Assembly: GCA_963704725.1 (NCBI GenBank)
Contig: OY969934.1
Coordinates: forward strand, 256,001-320,000
Origin: an uncultured Actinomycetes bacterium
Lineage (GTDB): Bacteria; Actinomycetota; UBA4738; HRBIN12
DNA: 64,000 nucleotides
Direction: 5' to 3'
This document shows positions 29,618-38,974 of the stretch, piece by piece. The stretch's first letter is position 1, and every line of letters begins with the position of its first letter. The translations under genes were made by a program, and so were the position numbers. The notes beneath the pieces are model-generated. The model worked only from the letters and a program-made list of their open reading frames with translations. It ran no database searches and was not told the origin of the DNA.

Positions 29618-30091
29618 ATGGCCGACGAGCGCGACGAGGAGCTGATGCGGCTCGCGCTCGTGGAGGCCGAGCGCGCCGCCATCGGGGGGGACGTCCCCGT
29701 CGGCGCCATCGTCGCCCGCGGCTCCGAGGTGCTCGGCCGCGCCGGCAACGCGCGGGAGGAGCGGCAGGACCCCACCGCCCACGCCGAGATCCTCGCGCTG
29801 CGCGAAGCCGCGGGGGTCGCCGCGACCTGGCGCCTCGAGGGTTGCACGATGTACGTGACGCTCGAGCCCTGCGCGATGTGCGCCGGCGCGCTCGTCCTGG
29901 CGAGGATCGACCGGCTGGTGTTCGGCGCGGCGGACCCGAAGGCGGGATTCGTCGGCTCGCTCGGCGATCTCGTGCGCGATCCGCGGTTGAACCACGCGGT
30001 CGAGGTCGAGTCCGGCGTGCTCGAGGACGAGGCCGGGGCGCTGCTCCGCGGGTTCTTCCGCGACCGGCGCGAGCGAACCGACCGGGCCTGA
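29618..30091 (+). CDS. tadA: tRNA adenosine(34) deaminase
   Basis: DVPVGA, DPTAHAE, TLEPCAMC, DPKAG. Confidence 0.96.
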   Translation: MADERDEELMRLALVEAERAAIGGDVPVGAIVARGSEVLGRAGNAREERQDPTAHAEILALREAAGVAATWRLEGCTMYVTLEPCAMCAGALVLARIDRLVFGAADPKAGFVGSLGDLVRDPRLNHAVEVESGVLEDEAGALLRGFFRDRRERTDRA

Positions 30092-30154
30092 GACCCGCCG
30101 ATTCGGGGACGCAGGTCCTCGCGCAGACGCGCCCCTGCGCCTACCGTCGGGATC

Positions 30155-31645
30155 GTGCGCCGGGTCCTGCTCGTGCTCGTTCTCGTGGGGGCGTGCTCGG
30201 GGCCGTCCACGCAGCCCGGAGCGGATCGCGGTCCGGAGAGGGCGCGGAGCGCGCACGGCGCCGTCCGGCTGCTGTTCGCCGGCGACGTCATGCTCGGCCG
30301 GGGCGTCGCGGCGGCCGGGGCGCACGACCCCTCGGGGCTGCTCGCGGGCGTCCGTCCGGAGATCGCGGCGGCCGATCTCGCGGTCGCCAACCTCGAGTCT
30401 CCCCTGACGGACCGGCCGCACGACCCGGCCGCCGGCCCGAACGCTCTCGAGGCATCCCCCGGCTCGGCGGAGCTCCTGCGCGCGGCGGGCTTCGACGCGA
30501 TGGGCGTGGCCAACAACCACGCCGGCGATGCGGGACCCTCGACCGTCGGCGACACGCTCGCGGCCCTCGACGTTGCGGGGGTCGCGGCGATCGGCGGCGG
30601 TGCGAGCGCGTCCGCGGCGTTCGAGCCGGTGGTCCTCGAGGCCGGCGGGCTGCGCGTCGCGTTCCTCGCCGTCGACGCGACAGGGCAGGGTCCGCGAGCC
30701 GGCCCGAGCTCGAGCGGCGTGGCGTGGTGGGACGAGGACCTCGTGCGCGCGGCGGTCGACCGGGCGCGTGCCGAGGCCGACGTCGTCGCCGTGGGGATCC
30801 ACGGCGGCATCGAGTACGTGCCGACGACCGACCCGTTCCTGTTCCACGTCGCCGAGCTGCTCGGCACGTGGGGGGTCGACGTGGTCTGGGGTCAGGGTCC
30901 GCACGTCGTCCAGCCGATCCGCGCCATCGATCCCGACGGCGACGGCCGCGCCACCGTGGTCGCGACGAGCCTCGGCAACCTGCTGTTCGACCAGCACATC
31001 CCCCGGACGCGCCGCGGCGCGCTCCTCGAGGTCCTGGCCACGCCCGACGGCGTGCGGGCGTATCGGGTCGGGACGACGGAGCAAGCGGATGTCCCCGTGA
31101 CGTTCAGCGGATGGCCCCCGCCGCGCGGCGACGCGGTGGCGCTCGACGGCGGCTGGTGGCGGCCCGCGGTCGATCTCGTCCCCGTGCCGATCTCCCGGCC
31201 GGGTTCGCTCGCCGGGTTCGAGGGCGACGTGCTCGACGCGGCCGTCGGCGATGCCGACGGCGACGGCCGGCCCGATCTCGCCGTGGCCTTCCGCCGGCCG
31301 TACCGCGCAACGGCCGTGAACGCGCTCTACCCGCGCCGCCGCCTGGTCGACGCCGAAGGGCGGACGGCCCACGTCGGCCTGTACCGGCCGGAGGACCTGC
31401 GGCCGCGCTGGGTCGCCGGGACGCTGCTGCGGCCCGTCGGTGCCCTCGCGGCCTGCGACGGATCCCTCGCCGTCGCCTACACCACCCTCGAGGACCCCGA
31501 GATCGTCGCGGCCGGCGCCTGGCGCTGGGGCGGCTTCGGGTTCCTGCCGCTCCCCGACCTGCCCGGCTTCGGCACCCCCGGCTGCGCCGACGTGGACGGC
31601 GACGGCACTCTCGATCCCATCGTGCTCGGAAGGAGCTCGCGATGA
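30155..31645 (+). CDS. CapA-family metallophosphoesterase lipoprotein with FG-GAP-like C-terminus
   Basis: Lipobox VGAC, GDVMLGR, NLES, ANNH, HGGIEY, GPHV, SLGN; GDADGDGRPDL and ADVDGDGTLD. Confidence 0.85.
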   Translation: MRRVLLVLVLVGACSGPSTQPGADRGPERARSAHGAVRLLFAGDVMLGRGVAAAGAHDPSGLLAGVRPEIAAADLAVANLESPLTDRPHDPAAGPNALEASPGSAELLRAAGFDAMGVANNHAGDAGPSTVGDTLAALDVAGVAAIGGGASASAAFEPVVLEAGGLRVAFLAVDATGQGPRAGPSSSGVAWWDEDLVRAAVDRARAEADVVAVGIHGGIEYVPTTDPFLFHVAELLGTWGVDVVWGQGPHVVQPIRAIDPDGDGRATVVATSLGNLLFDQHIPRTRRGALLEVLATPDGVRAYRVGTTEQADVPVTFSGWPPPRGDAVALDGGWWRPAVDLVPVPISRPGSLAGFEGDVLDAAVGDADGDGRPDLAVAFRRPYRATAVNALYPRRRLVDAEGRTAHVGLYRPEDLRPRWVAGTLLRPVGALAACDGSLAVAYTTLEDPEIVAAGAWRWGGFGFLPLPDLPGFGTPGCADVDGDGTLDPIVLGRSSR

Positions 31646-33778
31646 TGAAGCGCTCGATCCTGCTCGTGTCCGTGGTCGCGCTCGTGGCGGCGGCCTGCAC
31701 GTCCGGCGGCGAGGAGGAGCCTTCGCCCACGGGCAACCCGCCGCCGTCGGTCACCGAGTCCCCCACGACGGCGTCGCCGTCGCCGCCGGCCGAGCTCGAC
31801 GCGCTCCCCGTCTCGCTCGTGCGCTTCGCCGAGTACTCCGACGTGCCGCTGCTCGATCCCGAACACACCCGCCTACGCGGGGCCGGACACGCCGACGTCG
31901 CTGGACGGCGTGCGGATCGTCCAGTCGGTGCGCCGCGCCATCTCGGACCCGGCCATCGAGCAGACCCTCGCCGACCAGGGGTTCGTCGTCGTGCCGGCGG
32001 ACCTGCGCCTGTTCCACTTCGCGTACCAGGGCAACGTGTACGAGGGGTGGCCGGTGTTCGTGACGACCGACGTCGCGTACCACGTCTGGCACCAGGTCTT
32101 CGACAAGATGCTGCGGAGCCTCGAGCAGGAGGTGCTGCTGCCCGAGCTCGAAGACCTGGTCACCGGTCTGCTCGACGCCGCTCGCGCGCAGGCGGGGGAG
32201 CTCGAGGGGACGCAGCTCGCCGACGCCGCCTCCCGCGTCGAGCAGCTCTACCAGGTCGCTGCGGCCGAGCTTGGTCTTCCCGTGACCCTCGGGCCGCTCG
32301 CGGAGCAGGAGAAGGCGCTCGTCGACGAGCACTCCGCCCCGAACGAGACCTCGCCGATCGTCGGCGGGAAGGTCGACTACTCCCTGTTCACGCCCCGAGG
32401 CCACTACACGCGGAACGAGGACCTCACGCGGTTCTTCCTCGGCATGTCGGTGCTCGGGCAGCTCGCGTTCTGCCTGCCCGGTACGACCGACTGCCCCGGG
32501 ATCGAGCCGGCGCGGATGTCGATCCTCGCGTCTCGCGTCCTCGTGCAGGACCCGGCGCTCGTCGGGCGATGGCGGCGGATCTTCGAGCCGACGGCGTTCC
32601 TCGTGGGGCTCGCCGACGACTACACGCCGTTCGAGGTCGCCGACGCTGCCGCGAGCGCCACGCCGGCCGGGCTCGACGACCCGATGGCCTTCGCGGACGA
32701 TGCGGTCGTCGGCGACGTGGTGGAGAGGCTCGTCGCCACTCGCCCCGTGCGGATCAGCCCCGATCGCGCCGCGATCCGGCTGATGGGGACGCGGTTCGTG
32801 ATCGACTCGTTCATCTTCGACCAGCTCATCTCGCCGAACGTCGGTACGCCCGAGGATCCCCGCACGCTTCCGTCGGCGCTCGACCTGGCGGCGGCGTTCG
32901 GGTCCGAGTTGGCGCACGGCGTGCTCGAGGAGATCGGGGACACGTCGATCCCGGGCTACGAGGAGCAGCTGCAGAAGATGCAGGAGCTCCTGGCGAACCG
33001 CCCGGCGCAGGACTGGGGCGGCACGGTCTACGACGCTTGGCTCCACGCGCTCGAGCCCTCGTTCGTCGAGCACGGCACGGCCTACCCGGACTTCATGCGC
33101 ACCGACGCCTGGGCCGCCAAGGCGCAGCAGTCGGGCCTCGGCTCGTTCGCCGAGCTGAAGCACGACACGATCCTGTACGCGAAGCAGGCCGTCGGCGAGG
33201 GCGGCGACGGCGTGCCGATCCCCGACCGCCGCAACTGGGTCGAGCCCGACCCGGTCGTGTTCGGGCGCCTGGCAGCCATGGCCGACCTCGCGCGAGAGGG
33301 GCTCGAGAATCGGGATCTGCTCACGCAGGAGCAGCTCCAGCTCCTGGCGGACGCGGTCGACCTGTTCGAGTTCCTCCAGCGCATCGCGACCGACGAGCTG
33401 GCCGGCCGCCCGATCTCCGCGGCCGACGACGAGCGGCTCACCTTCCTCGGCGGCGAGCTGGAGTCGTTCTGGTTCCGGACCTCGGACCAGGCCAACACCG
33501 GCGAGCCCGAGGCCGACGAGGACGCCGCCATCGTCGCCGATGTGGCCAGCAGTGGCGACGGTGTGCTCGAGGTGGGGACCGGACGGATCGATCGGATCTA
33601 CGTGCTCGTGCCGGACGACGAAGGGAGCTTCCAGGTCGCGGTGGGAGGCGTGTACTCGTACTACGAGTTCACGTCGCCGCCGGGCGAGCGGCTCTCCGAC
33701 GAGCTCTGGCGTTCGATGCTGGAGGACGGGGACCAGCCCGAGCGACCGGCGTGGGAGCGGGTGCTGTTCGGCGGCTGA
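31642..33778 (+). CDS. DUF3160-type lipoprotein, with +1 frameshift near 31860
   Basis: Lipobox AAAC, Pro/Ser linker, FVTTD, DYSLFTPRGHYT, AELKHDTILYAKQ, GGVYSYYEF. Confidence 0.85.
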
Positions 33779-33784
33779 GTCCGG

Positions 33785-34201
33785 TCAGGCGTCCTCGCCC
33801 GTCCGGGCGCGGTGCTCCTCGCGCCGTTCGGCCATCGCGGAGCGGATCTTGGCCGCCACCTCCGGCATCTGGTCCTCCATGATGCGGAAGTCCCGGTCGT
33901 GCATGACCACGATCCGCATGTCCGACGTCGCCGTGACGGTGGCCGTGCGCCGGTGCTCGGCGAGCAGGGCGATCTCGCCGAAGAAGTCGCCGGGCCCGAG
34001 GTCGGCGAGGTGGTTCCCCTCGTGCAGCACCTCCGCGGTGCCCGACTCGATCACCATGAACTCGTGCGGGAAGGCGCCCTCCTCCATCAGTCTTCGGCCC
34101 GCAGGCACGTCGACGTCGTCCGCCCACCGGGCCACGCGCTCCACGTCGCGGCGGGGGAGCTCGCGGAACAGGGGCAGCTGGGCGAGACGATCGGCATCCA
34201 C
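33785..34201 (-). CDS. stand-alone cyclic nucleotide-binding domain protein
   Basis: LGPGDFFGEIALL..RRTATV. Confidence 0.92.
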   Translation of the reverse strand: MDADRLAQLPLFRELPRRDVERVARWADDVDVPAGRRLMEEGAFPHEFMVIESGTAEVLHEGNHLADLGPGDFFGEIALLAEHRRTATVTATSDMRIVVMHDRDFRIMEDQMPEVAAKIRSAMAERREEHRARTGEDA

Positions 34202-34276
34202 GCGTTCGACCTCCGAGGGCGGCGACCGTCGAATCCTGCCACAGGGCGGCGAGGGCCTGCTTGCTAGACTCGCCCC

Positions 34277-34365
34277 GGAGGCGTGCCGGAGCGGACGAAC
34301 GGGACCGCCTCGAAAGCGGTTAGGGGCTTTGCGGCCCCTCGCGTGTTCGAATCACGCCGCCTCCG
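34277..34365 (+). tRNA. tRNA-Ser(CGA)
   Basis: GGAGGCG/CGCCTCC acceptor, CTCGAAA loop, long variable arm, GTTCGAATC; TAGACT -10 at 34265-34270. Confidence 0.95.
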
Positions 34366-34370
34366 CGAAC

Positions 34371-34402
34371 GGACGGCCGCCCCGATGCTGGGGCGGCCAT
34401 CC
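34371..34402 (+). terminator. GC-rich hairpin downstream of tRNA-Ser(CGA)
   Basis: GGCCGCCCC-GATGCT-GGGGCGGCC stem, no U tract. Confidence 0.5.
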
Positions 34403-34426
34403 GGCGATCTGCTGGTGGGGGGATGG

Positions 34427-35026
34427 ATGGTCGACGCAAGCACGCCGCCGACGGGCATGTTGGAGGGGCGACGCGTCCTTCTTCGGCCGGTCCGTGAGGG
34501 CGACCTCGAACGCCTCTACGACGCACACATCGCCGTCCGTGCCCGCGGCAGCTACTTCCCGCTCGGCGTGATGTCCGAGTCGGCGTTCCGTCGCGAGTTC
34601 GCGGAGAACGGCTTCTGGCAGAAGACCGAGGGGATGCTGGTCATCTTGACCCCGCAGGGGGAGATCGCCGGTCATATCGAGTTCTTCCGGCCGGTCTCGT
34701 ACTGGGACGCGTTCGAGCTCTCGTACCAGCTGTACGACGATCGCCACGCCGGCAAGGGATACATCACCGAGGCGGTTCAGCTGCTCGTCGACTATCTGTT
34801 CTGGGCCAAGAAGGAGCATCGGATCCACCTCGTCATCGTCCCGGAGAACGCCGCCTCTCTACGGATCGCCGAGAAGTGTGGGTTCACCCTGGAGGGGACC
34901 GTGCGCGGCGCGTTCTTCAACGAGGGTCGGAACCAGGACGTCCTGCTCTACTCGCTGCTTCGAACCGATCCCAGGCCGTGGCGCGGGTCGCGAGGGACGA
35001 GCGGAGCAGCGTCGGCCCTCCCGTAG
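34427..35026 (+). CDS. RimJ/RimL-type GNAT acetyltransferase
   Basis: GKGYITEA, ENAASLRIAEKCGFTLEG. Confidence 0.9.
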   Translation: MVDASTPPTGMLEGRRVLLRPVREGDLERLYDAHIAVRARGSYFPLGVMSESAFRREFAENGFWQKTEGMLVILTPQGEIAGHIEFFRPVSYWDAFELSYQLYDDRHAGKGYITEAVQLLVDYLFWAKKEHRIHLVIVPENAASLRIAEKCGFTLEGTVRGAFFNEGRNQDVLLYSLLRTDPRPWRGSRGTSGAASALP

Positions 35027-35036
35027 ACTTGGTCGC

Positions 35037-35123
35037 GGAGGCCTGCCCGAGCGGACGAAGGGGCACGCCTGGAGAGCGTGTAGGGGGGCAACCCTCTCGC
35101 GGGTTCGAATCCCGCGGCCTCCG
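35037..35123 (+). tRNA. tRNA-Ser(GGA)
   Basis: GGAGGCC/GGCCTCC acceptor, CTGGAGA loop, long variable arm, GGTTCGAATCC; TAGACT -10 overlapping the upstream stop. Confidence 0.95.
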
Positions 35124-35157
35124 CCGAAGGTGCCCGCGGCGCCCAATGGTCACACGC

Positions 35158-35219
35158 TACCGTTTCTGCGCACTCCGCAATACCGTTCCTCCGCAGCCTT
35201 GGGTACCATCCTCGCTCAG
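35158..35219. repeat. three degenerate direct repeats with 23-bp period
   Basis: TACCGTTTCTGCGCA (35158), TACCGTTCCTCCGCA (35181), TACCATCCTCGCTCA (35204). Confidence 0.5.
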
Positions 35220-35252
35220 GCGGACGACCTCGGGATGGCCAACCCCGGGGAG

Positions 35253-36170
35253 CTACGCGAGGGCCTTGGTGTAGCGCGTGTAGGACCGACGGACGGACAT
35301 CCCCACGCGCTCGTACAGGCCGAGCGCACCGGTCCGCGAGTCGGTGGACAGCCCGCAACGCGCCTTGCCGCTCGCGAAGAAGCCCCGGAACGCGGCGTGG
35401 AGCAGGGCCCGGGCGATGCCCCGGTGGCGGTGCGTCGCCCTCGTCGCGAGCTGGTGGATCCATCCCTCGTCGGAGCCCGCGTAGTCGAAGGACATCGCGA
35501 CTCCGACCAGCTCGTCGCCGTCGAACGCGAGGGGCGACAACGCCGGCGAGAACGCGTTGTGCCGGATCACATACGGTGCCCACTCCTCGAAGGGGATCGG
35601 ATCGCGCCCCTCCCACTCGCCGAAGGCATCGTCGATCAGCCGATGGACGGCCGGTGCGTCGCGAGCGGGCTCGTATGGGCGGATCGCGATGCCCTCGGGG
35701 GGAGCCGGCGCCGGAGGTGGCCCATGGAACGCGATCTCCAGGATCCATGCGGTGCGGGTCGGCTCGTAGCCGTTCGCCACGAACAGCGCGGCTCCGGCCG
35801 CGTTCGCGTCGGCGATGGTCTGGCTGACCTTGACCTCGCCGTGCGCCCGCGCTCGCCCCTCGGTCCACGCAAGGATCGCCGCGCCGATGCCCCGTCCGCG
35901 GTGCGACGGCCGCACGTCCGCCTCCGCGCGGTTCTGGTAGACGTCCGCCCACGCCACCGGCGTCATCCCTTCGTAGATGAGGATGCAGTCCGCCGCGATG
36001 TCGAACCCGTTGCGGTCGAACCCCATCAGGACGTCGTCGCGCTCGACCTCGGCCACGCCGTCGAGGTCGAGCTCGGCCGCCGCGATGAGCTCGAGGATCG
36101 GATCGACGTCGTCGGTCGTCGCGGGACGCATCGTGAGTCCTTTCGGGAGCTCGATCACGGTGTCGGCCAT
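35253..36170 (-). CDS. tandem-domain GNAT acetyltransferase
   Basis: Two acetyl-CoA motifs VRPSHRGRGIG and HRHRGIA; LYERVGM. Confidence 0.88.
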   Translation of the reverse strand: MADTVIELPKGLTMRPATTDDVDPILELIAAAELDLDGVAEVERDDVLMGFDRNGFDIAADCILIYEGMTPVAWADVYQNRAEADVRPSHRGRGIGAAILAWTEGRARAHGEVKVSQTIADANAAGAALFVANGYEPTRTAWILEIAFHGPPPAPAPPEGIAIRPYEPARDAPAVHRLIDDAFGEWEGRDPIPFEEWAPYVIRHNAFSPALSPLAFDGDELVGVAMSFDYAGSDEGWIHQLATRATHRHRGIARALLHAAFRGFFASGKARCGLSTDSRTGALGLYERVGMSVRRSYTRYTKALA

Positions 36171-36843
36171 CCCGGGCAAGGCCCGCGCTCCACTGGCCCG
36201 GGTGTCGCCCCAAGCTCCCGGAGCCGGTCTCGCACGTCGTCGAACGTCTCCCACGGCAGGAAGGGCACGCCGTCCGCAGAGGCGATCTCCACCAGACGGT
36301 CCTTGGCGAACACGACGTCCGCGTACCGGGCCCCCAGCCGGTCCGACGAACCCTCGCCGACGAACGCGACGTGCCGCGATCTCGGGCCTCGACCACCGCC
36401 CGGACCTTGCAGGTGCCGCAGAACCGGCATCCTTGGTGACCATCCTCGAACCGAAGCGCTTCGGATCCACCCACCCACGTGTTGCTGATGATCCGAACGC
36501 CGTCGAGGCCGGCGGCGCGGAGGATTGGCTCGATGTAGAAGCCGAATCCGTCGGAGACGATCGTCACGTCGACCCCGGCGTCGCGCAGCCACCGCACGAA
36601 CGGCGGGAACGTCGGATCGATCGGGCAGTGCGCCAGCGCGAACGAGACCAGCCGTTCGAGCGGTGCTCCGAGCATCGCCGCCTGCGCATTCAGGCACGCG
36701 CGGGCACTGATCGATCCTCGGGCCTCGGCCTCGTCGTACTCGACCCAGGTGGGGTCGCCGAACTCGATCAGGAGGTGCTCGGCGACGTCGTGCAGGCACG
36801 CCGTGCCGTCGAAGTCCACCAGGACCGAGCCGACCGGGAACAC
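36155..36843 (-). CDS. MtnX-like HAD-IB phosphatase, with one-base deletion near 36371
   Basis: VDFDGT, IVSDGF, CxxCGTCK; VAFVGEGSSD..ADVVFAK continues in another frame. Confidence 0.85.
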
Positions 36844-36882
36844 GGGGCGACCAGGCTACCGACTGCCGCTACGCTGCGAGCC

Positions 36883-37683
36883 GTGTCTCGCGAGGTCGCC
36901 GATCGGATCGCCGGCGGGATGGTCGCGGCGTGGCGGAACCGGGTCGGCCACCTCGAGGCGCACCTGCTCCGCACCGACGACGGCGTCGTCACCTGCCTTT
37001 CGAACCTGCCGGACGAGGAGTTGAACGTCGCGTTGATCGAGCGGGCCCCGGAGGACGCGCTCGGGGCGCTGTCACGTTCGGAGTGGCTGTTCAAGGCGCA
37101 CGGCCATGCGTTCGGCGTCGAGGTCGAGGAGGCTCGCCATCCCAGCGTCGACCGGGCCGTGCGCACGCTCGGGCTCACGGTGGGGATCGCCCGCCCGGCG
37201 ATGGCGATCCGCGTCGCCGACCTCCCGGAGCCCGTGCTCCCCACAGGCGTCGAGATCCACAGCGTGACCGAGACGGGCGAGCTGCCGGCGATGGCCGACC
37301 TCGAGGTGCGTGTGTTCGGCACCCGGCGCGAGGTCGCAGAGCGGCTCCTCGGCGCCGGCATGCTCCGGGTGGCCGGCGTCCGCTTGTCGCTGGCGACGCT
37401 CGACGGCGCGTCGGCGGGGTTCGCCTGGACGAGCAGCCACGAGGGCGCGGTCGGCGTCTTCGGCGTCGGCACGGTGCCCGAGCTTCGGCGCCGGGGTCTC
37501 GGCACCGCCGTGACCTCGTTCGCGATCCACGACGCGCCGGGCGTCGACCTCGCCTGGCTCCAGCCGACGAGCATGGGACGGCCGCTCTACGCGTCGATGG
37601 GCTTCGAGGCCGTCGCCGAGTGGCGGGTCTGGGTGCGCCCCGGCCCGCGACCGGGGCCGACCGCGGAGCGCGAGGGGCTGTGA
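36883..37683 (+). CDS. GNAT acetyltransferase
   Basis: VGTVPELRRRGLG, GRPLYASMGF. Confidence 0.87.
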   Translation: MSREVADRIAGGMVAAWRNRVGHLEAHLLRTDDGVVTCLSNLPDEELNVALIERAPEDALGALSRSEWLFKAHGHAFGVEVEEARHPSVDRAVRTLGLTVGIARPAMAIRVADLPEPVLPTGVEIHSVTETGELPAMADLEVRVFGTRREVAERLLGAGMLRVAGVRLSLATLDGASAGFAWTSSHEGAVGVFGVGTVPELRRRGLGTAVTSFAIHDAPGVDLAWLQPTSMGRPLYASMGFEAVAEWRVWVRPGPRPGPTAEREGL

Positions 37684-37794
37684 TCCGGCCGATCGGGCGA
37701 CGGCCGTCTCGGGGGCAGGGCGCGGGCACAACGTCCGAATCGAGCGGGACCCGCGTTCCAGACTCCCTCCGGAGACGACCTGGAGAATGCACTC

Positions 37795-38613
37795 ATGAGG
37801 GCCGGTCGATGGATCGCTGCCATGGTCGTCTCACTCCCGCTGTTCACGGCCTGCGGCGGTGGCGGGTCCGCCGTGCCGGGGAGCACGATCCGCAATGCGG
37901 CCGAGGCTACGCTGGCGACCGGTTCTGCCGCATTCGAACAGCATGTGTCGTTCGAGGGCTCGGACCAGATACCAGACAGTACGCGGTTCGGGAGCTCCGG
38001 GACTTCGACGTTCGGCGATCTCGACGAGAAGCAGATGCACCTCATCGTCGAGGTGCCGGGAATGGTGGGGTCGATCGAGGTGGTGGTCAGCGGGTCGAGC
38101 GCGTACCTGCGCGGCGCCCCATTCGCCGAGCTCACCGGCACGCCCGACACGTGGCTCTCCTTGGACCTCGAGTCCTCAGGAGAGCTGGTCAACGAGCTGG
38201 AGGGGTTGACGTCGGGGAGGAACGATGCCGCCCTGCTGCTCTACTACCTGTTCGGCGGCGACGATGAGGCGGAGATCATCGGCCACGACTCGATCGACGG
38301 AGTCGAGGTCACGGGATATGCCACCTCCCTGAGCCTTGGGCTCGCCGTGGAGGAGACGCCGTACGGGGCACGCGACGCCATGCGGACGAACCTGTCGGAG
38401 ATCATGGCTCAGGACACGAGTACGACGCTCGGGGCCGAGGTCTGGATCGACGGCGATGGGCTGATCCGGCGGATGGTCTACGTGTACGACGTCGGGCGAG
38501 AAGCCGGTGGCGGTGAGATGCGCCTCGTCAGCGAGCTCTCCGAGTTCGGCGAGCACGCCACGGTAGAGGCTCCCCCTTCCGGCGAGATCGTGACGTTGGG
38601 CGGCAGCGCTTAG
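37795..38613 (+). CDS. lipoprotein, LppX/LprAFG (LolA-like) type
   Basis: Lipobox FTAC, IDGVEVTGY, VWIDGDGLIRR, C-terminal FGEHATVEAP; relaxed GC3. Confidence 0.75.
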   Translation: MRAGRWIAAMVVSLPLFTACGGGGSAVPGSTIRNAAEATLATGSAAFEQHVSFEGSDQIPDSTRFGSSGTSTFGDLDEKQMHLIVEVPGMVGSIEVVVSGSSAYLRGAPFAELTGTPDTWLSLDLESSGELVNELEGLTSGRNDAALLLYYLFGGDDEAEIIGHDSIDGVEVTGYATSLSLGLAVEETPYGARDAMRTNLSEIMAQDTSTTLGAEVWIDGDGLIRRMVYVYDVGREAGGGEMRLVSELSEFGEHATVEAPPSGEIVTLGGSA

Positions 38614-38661
38614 CCCGCCCGAGATGGGCTCGTCCGGGGCCCCGCGTATACTCGTCGCGGT

Positions 38662-38931
38662 GGCCGTGCTAGGCGGGGAGCTAGCGGTGCCCTGTACCCG
38701 CAATCCGCTTCAGCGGGGCTGAATCCCCGCCCGAGGCCCGTCGGGTCCGATGTCGCTCCCGGCACGGAGCGTCGATGGTCGGGTCCCGCGCGACGCCAAC
38801 CTCTGAACCCGGTCAGGTCCGGAAGGAAGCAGCCGTAAGGAGGCGCTGGCGGGTGCCGCGGGCGTGCCTGGCCGGAGCTACCGGCCGGTGATGCGCTCGA
38901 GTCCGGCGTGGTCGACGGCGGGTGCGCGGCC
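38662..38931 (+). ncRNA. ffs: signal recognition particle RNA, large (Alu-containing) type
   Basis: Helix 8 GTCAGGTCCGGAAGGAAGCAGC; 5' Alu GCTAGGCGGGGAGCTAGCGGTGCCCTGTACCCGC; ends pair (GGCCGTGC/GCGCGGCC); TATACT -10 at 38647. Confidence 0.93.
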
Positions 38932-38974
38932 GCCACTACCTTCCCGTACGCTTCGTCGGAACCTGGGGGAGAGC

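Noticed and set aside
30155-31645. Poly-gamma-glutamate capsule locus
   Set aside because: No capB or capC present, and CapA domains are widespread outside capsule loci.
33785-34201. cNMP-binding protein as the CRP-like partner found in some group 3b hydrogenase operons
   Set aside because: It lies 6 kb beyond hypE on the opposite strand, with no linking evidence.
34277-35123. Long-arm tRNAs as tRNA-Sec, or a duplicated att site
   Set aside because: Anticodons are CGA and GGA with 7-bp acceptor stems, and both are complete, distinct Ser tRNAs.
37713-37731. Possible reverse copy of the 19-bp site before the LppX-like gene
   Set aside because: About 13 of 18 matches, mostly G/C, with no partner copy on the other side of the gene.
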